Positions 25,950 through 32,000 of a stretch of DNA of 32,000 nucleotides are shown in pieces. The notes under the pieces are model-generated. The model was not told the DNA's origin, made no database searches, and saw only the letters and a list, made by a program, of their open reading frames with translations. Origin of the DNA: Acaryochloris thomasi RCC1774 (lineage in GTDB: Bacteria; Cyanobacteriota; Cyanobacteriia; Thermosynechococcales; Thermosynechococcaceae). The position numbers and the translations under genes were made by a program. Positions within the stretch are counted from its first letter, which is position 1; each line of letters begins with the position of its first letter. The DNA is taken from NCBI RefSeq assembly GCF_003231495.1, contig NZ_PQWO01000009.1, positions 1 to 32,000 of the forward strand, in the 5' to 3' direction.

Positions 25950-27656
25950 ATGATGTTAAGAAATCTTAACGACCTTTTTCTCATGGCTGCGACTAGCGAC
26001 TCTCTTCAGTTTGACTCTATCGAATCTGCCTTAGCGGAATTCAAGGCGGGTCATGCCATCGTTGTGGTCGATGATGAAAACCGCGAGAATGAAGGCGATC
26101 TGATCTGTGCCGCCCAGTTTGCCACCCCGGAAATGATCAACTTTATGGCGGTGGAAGCACGGGGGCTGATTTGCCTAGCGATGACGGGTGAGCGGTTAGA
26201 TCAGCTAGAGCTACCGCTGATGGTGGAGCGCAACACCGATAGCAACCAGACGGCTTTCACCGTCAGCATTGATGCAGCCACCCATCTAGGGGTCACCACC
26301 GGCATCTCTGCGGAAGACCGGGCGAGAACCATGCAGGTGGCGGTTAATCCCGATTCTCAGCCCACCGATCTGCAGCGACCGGGCCATATTTTTCCGTTGA
26401 GGGCGCGTACGGGTGGTGTTCTGACCCGTGCGGGTCACACTGAGTCTGCCATTGATCTGGCTCGTCTGTCCGGTCTCTATCCGGCAGGTGTCATCTGTGA
26501 AATTCAGAATGCAGATGGTTCGATGGCTCGGCTGCCTCAGCTTTTTGACTATTCCCGTCAACATAACTTGAAGATCATTAGTATCGCTGACTTGATTAGC
26601 TACCGGCTGCAGCATGAGCGCTTTGTCCATCGGGAGACGATTGCAGACCTGCCCACCGAGTTTGGGACGTTCAAAATTTATGGCTATCGGAATACCCTCG
26701 ATAACTCGGATCACGTTGCTATTGTGAAAGGCGATCCTGGGGCATTCACCGATACTGCCGTGATGGTGCGTGTGCACTCTGAATGTTTGACTGGGGACGC
26801 GATTGGTTCGCTGCGCTGTGATTGTCGCATGCAGCTTCAGGCTGCGTTGAAGATGATTGAAAGTGCGGGGCAGGGGGTTGTCGTCTACCTGCGTCAAGAG
26901 GGGCGAGGCATTGGTCTGATTAACAAGTTAAAGGCCTATACCCTGCAAGATATGGGCTTGGATACAGTGGAGGCTAACGAAAAGTTGGGATTCCCAGCGG
27001 ACCTGCGGAATTATGGGGTGGGCGCTCAGATTCTCAACGACTTGGGTATTCATAACATTCGCTTGATTACCAATAACCCGCGCAAAATTGCTGGGTTGCG
27101 GGGATATGGCCTGGAGGTGACGGAGCGTGTCCCTCTGCTCATTGAAGCCAATACGTTTAATTCGCCCTACCTCAGCACTAAGGCAGAAAAGTTAGGGCAT
27201 ATGCTGTTGCAGACCTTCTTGATGACGGTGGCGGTTCATTGGCGAGATGAGCCAGATGTGACGCAGCGGTATGACCGTCTAGAGAAATTTCGTCAGCTCG
27301 CCGACACAGAGCACTTGCTCCTGCAGGAAGAGGTTAGGCCGGTTGCGACTGCCGTTTTCCGGCAGGCTTCTCTGATTGTCCATCTGGGGCTTGATCAGGC
27401 GGGATTAGCCTCGGGCGATTGGTATCAACAGCCCGAGCATCCCTACCTGCAGGCCGTGTGCCATATCCTTAAGGACTTGAATGCTTGGCCTGAGATTAGC
27501 TGTATTGAATTTCTAGTCTCGGCAGGAGCAGACTCTCTGAAAAACCTGCGGGTTAACCTGGACCGGCAAGCTGTTGACTACCAGCATTTACCGTTCCCCG
27601 TCTGTCGACAGTTAAAAACTGAGGTGATTTATAGCGCCACCATCAACGCTGATTAG
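25950..27656 (+). CDS. ribBA: Bifunctional 3,4-dihydroxy-2-butanone-4-phosphate synthase / GTP cyclohydrolase II with ~148-aa C-terminal extension
   Basis: 568 aa. DHBP synthase motifs [16 protein letters not shown] and RAGHTE. GCH II zinc site [17 protein letters not shown], plus [14 protein letters not shown]. Sequence after about aa 420 has no RibA/RibB motif. Confidence 0.95.
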   Translation: MMLRNLNDLFLMAATSDSLQFDSIESALAEFKAGHAIVVVDDENRENEGDLICAAQFATPEMINFMAVEARGLICLAMTGERLDQLELPLMVERNTDSNQTAFTVSIDAATHLGVTTGISAEDRARTMQVAVNPDSQPTDLQRPGHIFPLRARTGGVLTRAGHTESAIDLARLSGLYPAGVICEIQNADGSMARLPQLFDYSRQHNLKIISIADLISYRLQHERFVHRETIADLPTEFGTFKIYGYRNTLDNSDHVAIVKGDPGAFTDTAVMVRVHSECLTGDAIGSLRCDCRMQLQAALKMIESAGQGVVVYLRQEGRGIGLINKLKAYTLQDMGLDTVEANEKLGFPADLRNYGVGAQILNDLGIHNIRLITNNPRKIAGLRGYGLEVTERVPLLIEANTFNSPYLSTKAEKLGHMLLQTFLMTVAVHWRDEPDVTQRYDRLEKFRQLADTEHLLLQEEVRPVATAVFRQASLIVHLGLDQAGLASGDWYQQPEHPYLQAVCHILKDLNAWPEISCIEFLVSAGADSLKNLRVNLDRQAVDYQHLPFPVCRQLKTEVIYSATINAD

Positions 27657-29214
27657 ATCCTCCTGCTGACGTCACTGTCCCGGATTCAGATTTGAGAATC
27701 ACGTCAAGATTCAAAGCCTGCGCTAGAACTGCGCATTCATCTTGAGCGGCCCATAGTTCTAGCTCTGCATTTTCGGTGCCCAAGAGGGTGATTTCAAGAG
27801 TCTGACCTGAGACCTGACCTGAGACGGCTTTAACAAGCTGATTCTTCGTCCGGTCTAGACCCACTGCAATTCTGAGTAGACCCGCCAGCACCCAGACTAT
27901 TTGGCGCTGCCTATCGGATAAGCGCTTGAACTTTTTGTGCTTTGTCTTTGGATGAGCTTTGCGATGGTAGCGGATCACATGACCGATGAGCAGCATCTCT
28001 TCGTCGGTGAACCCCCGGGGATCGGATCGCTCTAAGATATAACGCGAGGTTTTGTGATAGCTCTTGAAGGCAAGATATTGACCAATATCATGCAGCAAAG
28101 CCGCGTACTCAAGAATGTCTCGCTCAAAGTCGCCATAGGAATGTAGTTCCTGGGTTTGTTCAAAGAGCTGTAGCGCTAAAGCTGCAATGTGACTGTTGCT
28201 GTCCCAATCAGCATCATACTTTTGGACAAGCTGAGCGGACTTCCGGTGGCGCAGACTCTTCTGAATCGGGAAGTCCGCTACGTCCTGGGAATGCCGCTCT
28301 AGGTAATCTAAAATCATCCCTTCTCGCAGCGAAGCATCACAGAGGGTTAGTTCTTTTGCCTCTGCCATCTGCAGGAGCTGCACCAGCAAAACCCCTCCCA
28401 AATGAATCGTGTCAGTCCGCTTCTCGCTGATGCCGTCGATATTGGTTCGCTTACCGGGTTTGAGATCGATGAGCTGTTGGGTAATGTCTTGTAAGTTCTC
28501 TATGGGAATGACTTCAGCGTTGACGGAGCGTAGGGATTGCTCATGATTCGCTAAATAGGCCGCTTCTCCAAGGGTACGGATCGTACCTGAGGTGCCAATA
28601 ACTTGAGTGAACCCAATTTTCTTGACTTCTGCCAATGTCTGTTTCGCCAAGAAACGAATGTGGGCTTCCAATACGCCTCGGGCTTCGTCTCCGATGGGAC
28701 CTTGGTCATCAAACATATCCAGGAGTCGCTGGACGCCAAGCTTCATACTGGTACCGAACAAAATTTCCTTCCGATTCCCGACCACGGCTTCGGTGCTGCC
28801 GCCGCCAATATCTAAGACCAGAGCGTTTTGGTCTGCAAGTGCGATCGCATTCCGTACAGCCAGAAAAATTAGCCGAGCCTCTTCTTTCCCAGAAATCATG
28901 CGCGGCGTAATCTTGGTGCGGCGAACAACCTCATTTAAGAATGCCTCGCCGTTTTGCGCTTCTCGAATGGCGCTGGTGGCAGCGGTCAGAATCTCATCGA
29001 CGCCCAGTTGGTCAGCCAGTTGAACGCAGCGCTCGATTGTGTCAAGGCCCGTTTTGAAGGCGCGATCGCTGAGCCGATTGGTGGCAAATACCCCGGCCCC
29101 AAGCTTTGCCATTTCTTTCTCGCGCTCAATGACCTCAAAGTTTCGCTGTTGCAGCACCTTGACCACAATCATGTGGATAGAATTAGTGCCAATATCGATC
29201 GCGGCTAGTTTCAT
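27643..29214 (-). CDS. ppx: Ppx/GppA-family exopolyphosphatase / guanosine pentaphosphate phosphohydrolase with HD domain
   Basis: 523 aa. Motifs: [32 protein letters not shown], and the HD region [10 protein letters not shown]. Its 3' end overlaps the ribBA 3' end by 14 nt. Confidence 0.9.
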   Translation of the reverse strand: MKLAAIDIGTNSIHMIVVKVLQQRNFEVIEREKEMAKLGAGVFATNRLSDRAFKTGLDTIERCVQLADQLGVDEILTAATSAIREAQNGEAFLNEVVRRTKITPRMISGKEEARLIFLAVRNAIALADQNALVLDIGGGSTEAVVGNRKEILFGTSMKLGVQRLLDMFDDQGPIGDEARGVLEAHIRFLAKQTLAEVKKIGFTQVIGTSGTIRTLGEAAYLANHEQSLRSVNAEVIPIENLQDITQQLIDLKPGKRTNIDGISEKRTDTIHLGGVLLVQLLQMAEAKELTLCDASLREGMILDYLERHSQDVADFPIQKSLRHRKSAQLVQKYDADWDSNSHIAALALQLFEQTQELHSYGDFERDILEYAALLHDIGQYLAFKSYHKTSRYILERSDPRGFTDEEMLLIGHVIRYHRKAHPKTKHKKFKRLSDRQRQIVWVLAGLLRIAVGLDRTKNQLVKAVSGQVSGQTLEITLLGTENAELELWAAQDECAVLAQALNLDVILKSESGTVTSAGGSNQR

Positions 29215-29659
29215 TAGCTTCCGGTAGCTTTTTTGTAATGAGTTGTGTCAGCTCTGAATGGGCTGGAGCTGCAATTGTGGCAGAGTCAGCATTTATTCGT
29301 AGAGCGGACTTGCTGGGAGAGTAAGGTCAGTAAGGTCTTGGCTGTCGTGTTGAGGCATCTCAGGACTCTCTAGCGCTTGTCTATAACAATATAGTTCCAA
29401 GCTGACCGTCGAAAGTTCGACAATTCCTGAGTGACTTTCTCAAATTCTGTGTGCTGTGGGGAGCTTTGCGATCGCACATCCCAAAGGACAGCTTCATCCC
29501 ACCATCGTTGCAGACGGGGAGCAAAAGCCCGCTGATGCTCTCAAATTGATGGAGCCTTCAGCTTTCTCAGAATACTTAAGCGACTTCCTCAGACATCCAT
29601 AGAACTCATCACAGAGTCAGATCAGGGGTGTCTCATCCTATCTTTCTACTCTGTAATCA

Positions 29660-30154
29660 ATGCAGTTGCAGTGGTCCAAGACAATGAAAACGAATTTACT
29701 GGCAAACGAACCCCAAACAATTGACCAAGAAAACTCTGAAGCTATTGACGTTGCTGCTTTTCAGTTCCTTTTTGGCGCTTCAACTGAGAAGACATCCGTT
29801 GAAGAGGAGACGCCTAGCATATTAGATCCCATTACTGGTTTGGAGACCAATTCGATTGTCGTGGGTGAAGAGGCTCTGAGTTTAGCCATTCAAAATTTTA
29901 TCCAGGATGAATTATCATCCAATGATGCCATAACCTTTTCTGAAAGAGCTTTCAATGGCATCGTCAGTCAAGTCACTGATTTTCCTGGCGAACAGGATGT
30001 ACCAGACGAGTGGTTGACCCTTGGATCTGACTTTTCCCTTGGAGAAATAGGGATTGAACCCCAAAGCTCATCTGTCCAAAATCCGCTCTCTACAGAGATA
30101 ACTGGAACCACCATATTTTCAGTCTTTGATGGAATAACTAACAACATCCAGTAG
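29660..30154 (+). CDS. Orphan acidic hypothetical protein (weak call)
   Basis: 164-aa ORF rich in E/D/S/T. No recognisable motif or signal peptide. It lies in an AT-richer, apparently decayed segment. Confidence 0.3.
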   Translation: MQLQWSKTMKTNLLANEPQTIDQENSEAIDVAAFQFLFGASTEKTSVEEETPSILDPITGLETNSIVVGEEALSLAIQNFIQDELSSNDAITFSERAFNGIVSQVTDFPGEQDVPDEWLTLGSDFSLGEIGIEPQSSSVQNPLSTEITGTTIFSVFDGITNNIQ

Positions 30155-30186
30155 GACCGGAGGTTGTTGATGTTCTTGCTAGCGCT

Positions 30187-30258
30187 TGCTTTACGAAACG
30201 CGTCTTTCAATTGTTCGAATAAGTTACCCTCTCCCACAATATCTTCAGGGTTAAGCAA
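30187..30258 (-). pseudogene. Possible IS256-family (mutator-type) transposase N-terminal remnant
   Basis: LLNPEDIVGEGNLFEQLKDAFRKA resembles the conserved N-terminal block of IS256-family transposases (..PEDI.GE.GLL.QL.K.L.E.A..). Similarity stops after ~25 aa, and no DDE region follows. Confidence 0.3.
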
Positions 30259-30417
30259 TCTCTGAGCTGTTGACGATTTCCTCCGCAACCTGGCGCGAAT
30301 TCCAGAGTCAGATCTCGATCTGCCCATCAGAGTTCCCAGAATTCACGAGGGCTAGAGCTTTGTCACTATCGAAGTCTTTCGATACAGTAGGAACCGACCC
30401 AAACTAGGCTTTCTATC

Positions 30418-31155
30418 GTGCAAATCATAAAGCGCAACATCGGTCTAACTGTAGGTGAGAGTCTGATGCGCGTCTATGTCGCCGCACCAGAACCAGTAGG
30501 CCAATACCCCGGAATTCTCTTCTATTCAGATATTTATCAACTCGGCAGACCCATTACTTTGCTGGCCGATCGCCTTGCTGGATATGGCTATGTCGTTGCA
30601 GCTCCCGAAATTTTCCATCGTCTTGAACCCATTGGTACCGTAATTGAACCCAATGATTTGGGAAGACTCCGGGGCAATGATGATGCCCAGCGGACTGCGA
30701 TAGTAGACTATGATGCCGATGCCCAGGCTGTCTTAGCATGGCTCAAGTCTGAAGATAGCGTGGCTGCTGAGAAGCTAGGCACATTCGGCTTCTGCATTGG
30801 AGGGCATTTGGCCTTGAGGGCCGCGCTCCAGCCTGGGGTAAAGGCTTCTGCCTGTTTCTATCCCACTGGTGTTCACAATGGCAGGCTGGGGCAAGGAACG
30901 GCCGATACCATTGACCGCCTCGATGAACTAGACGCAGAAGTCTTAACTGTTTTTGGCACGTTAGATCCCCACGTTCCGGCTGAAGGGCGGCAGCAGATTC
31001 TACAAGCGTTGGACAAGGTAGATGTTAGTCACGCGACATTACTGTTTGAAGCGAACCATACCTTCATGCGGGATGATGGCTATCGATATGATCCCGTCGC
31101 AACAGATGCAGCTTGGCGTGAAGCCGTTGAATTTTTGAAGCGAGCGTTGGCTTGA
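30418..31155 (+). CDS. Dienelactone hydrolase family protein
   Basis: 245 aa, GTG start. PGILFYSDIYQL, the nucleophile elbow FGFCIGGHLAL (Cys-type, as in DLH), and the C-terminal His context ANHTFMRD. Confidence 0.85.
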   Translation: MQIIKRNIGLTVGESLMRVYVAAPEPVGQYPGILFYSDIYQLGRPITLLADRLAGYGYVVAAPEIFHRLEPIGTVIEPNDLGRLRGNDDAQRTAIVDYDADAQAVLAWLKSEDSVAAEKLGTFGFCIGGHLALRAALQPGVKASACFYPTGVHNGRLGQGTADTIDRLDELDAEVLTVFGTLDPHVPAEGRQQILQALDKVDVSHATLLFEANHTFMRDDGYRYDPVATDAAWREAVEFLKRALA

Positions 31156-31324
31156 AGTCTTTTCTACCAGATGTTCTGACCGTCTGGGGTGCACATTGCT
31201 CATAGTTTTCTCAGCGACTTAGACCGATACCCTCAGCAAGTTCGTCGCCCACGCATAGAAACGGATAACTTGGTTCTCAGACAACCCTCGTAGATTGAAG
31301 TCATTGAGGTTGGAGAACTAAATA

Positions 31325-31633
31325 ATGAACAACAAAAGCCATCTGATCAACACCGCTCTTGTCGGACTAGCCGTAGTTACCCTTGGCCTATTGACAGGTC
31401 GTACAGTTACAGCGAAGACACTTGACCACGCCCTTGAAAATCAGTCAGAGACGCAACTGGTTGCCCTCAAATTTAAGAAATTCAAGAAGGGCCACCACGG
31501 CCACAAGAAGTTCCATCACAGCCCGAAACGTTTTAAGAAAGTCAAAAGGATCCACCATGGTCACGACAAGTTTCACGGCAAAAAGAAGTTCGTCGGCCAC
31601 CAGAAATTTCATCACAATCCCCATTTCCGCTAA
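31325..31633 (+). CDS. Secreted His/Lys-rich mini-protein (putative periplasmic metal-binding protein)
   Basis: 102 aa. Signal-peptide-like LINTALVGLAVVTLGLLTGRTVTA. The C-terminal 54 aa (31469-31630) contain 13 His, 16 Lys and 8 Phe, arranged as reiterated KF(H/K) and HHGH units. Confidence 0.7.
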   Translation: MNNKSHLINTALVGLAVVTLGLLTGRTVTAKTLDHALENQSETQLVALKFKKFKKGHHGHKKFHHSPKRFKKVKRIHHGHDKFHGKKKFVGHQKFHHNPHFR

Positions 31634-31668
31634 CTCTCTCAAAAGTGTGAACAAGTCCGAGAGATTTC

Positions 31669-31675
31669 AAGGAGG
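31669..31675 (+). promoter_or_regulatory. Shine-Dalgarno site AAGGAGG for the ORF starting at 31681
   Basis: AAGGAGG sits 5 nt upstream of the ATG at 31681. Confidence 0.7.
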
Positions 31676-31680
31676 CTTTC

Positions 31681-32000
31681 ATGCAGCACGTACAAGAGTT
31701 GACGATCGCGCCAGATAAGATACTCGAAAATACCCTGGCCGTTGCTCTGCCACTATTGGACCAGACTGAAGCGCAAGAGCTAATCTCGTCTTGCGGTGAG
31801 TTAGGCCCTGACCCAAGCTCAGATTACTTCACGGCCCGCACAAAAAATATTGCATACGTCCTGTGCATCGGTGGAGAATGGTACCAAATTCAAGCGCATT
31901 GCTTTACTCAGCCCCACCAATACAATGATTTTTCCGGGGGGTACAAGCGCTGCTATCGGGAGATGCCCAAACAATTTATCAACTGTGATGCGACGAAGAA
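31681..32000 (+). CDS. Hypothetical protein, 5' part only (open to the right window edge)
   Basis: Not in the ORF track because it lacks a stop. ATG at 31681 follows a strong SD. There are 106 stop-free codons: MQHVQELTIAPDKILENTLAVALPLLDQTEAQELISSCGELGPDPSSDYFTARTKNIAYVLCIGGEWYQIQAHCFTQPHQYNDFSGGYKRCYREMPKQFINCDATKK. It contains five Cys. Confidence 0.6.
   Translation, partial: MQHVQELTIAPDKILENTLAVALPLLDQTEAQELISSCGELGPDPSSDYFTARTKNIAYVLCIGGEWYQIQAHCFTQPHQYNDFSGGYKRCYREMPKQFINCDATK

Noticed and set aside
26286-26897. 203-aa ORF antisense to ribBA
   Set aside because: It lies entirely inside a strongly supported, motif-rich gene on the other strand, and its own translation has no motif.
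28551-29227. Cluster of six short ORFs (60-138 aa) overlapping ppx on both strands
   Set aside because: The single 523-aa minus-strand frame carries all Ppx/GppA and HD motifs. The others are frame shadows.
29968-30327. Full-length 119-aa minus-strand ORF
   Set aside because: Only residues ~24-47 look like anything (an IS256-type N-terminus). The rest runs antisense through the 164-aa plus-strand ORF and looks like read-through of a relic. It is reported as a short remnant instead.
1-32000. Scan for CRISPR arrays, tRNA, rRNA, tmRNA, RNase P RNA and integrase or att-type sites
   Set aside because: There are no regularly spaced direct repeats, no cloverleaf-like or rRNA-like conserved blocks in any spacer, and no integrase gene. 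This by-eye scan cannot exclude small structured RNAs, especially in 8942-9985.

Overview
This window looks like a cyanobacterial chromosomal segment. The HIP1 octamer GCGATCGC occurs 16 times in 32 kb, and gene content fits (cofG, long ribBA, DUF2808-like and DUF697-type proteins). All calls come from reading the ORF translations and the DNA by eye; no searches were run.

Most of the window is housekeeping: hisG, hisS, hisC, argC, ribBA, ppx/gppA, cofG, a Dam-type methylase, OsmC, a Zn-ADH and a dienelactone hydrolase. I found no rRNA, tRNA or CRISPR array.

The most unusual locus is 587-4741. A HisRS paralog carries the HisZ-type LRPEMT motif but keeps all class II motifs and an anticodon-binding domain. 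It is translationally coupled (ATGA overlap) to a long-form hisG. A G/C-run palindromic element follows, and then a second HisRS of a different, archaeal/eukaryote-like lineage.

Other points worth a second look:
- A membrane-anchored Ras-like GTPase-TPR protein with a small membrane partner, sitting behind a 1-kb AT-rich gap with almost no ORFs.
- An RTX protein built from an exact 183-aa (549-bp) super-repeat.
- A zinc-ribbon/TM/substrate-binding/OmpA fusion protein.
- A secreted His/Lys-rich mini-protein followed by an ORF with a strong Shine-Dalgarno site that runs off the window.
- Three decayed or mobile-DNA scars: an IS5 end at the left edge, a gene relic at 11.9-12.2 kb, and an IS256-like remnant near 30.2 kb.
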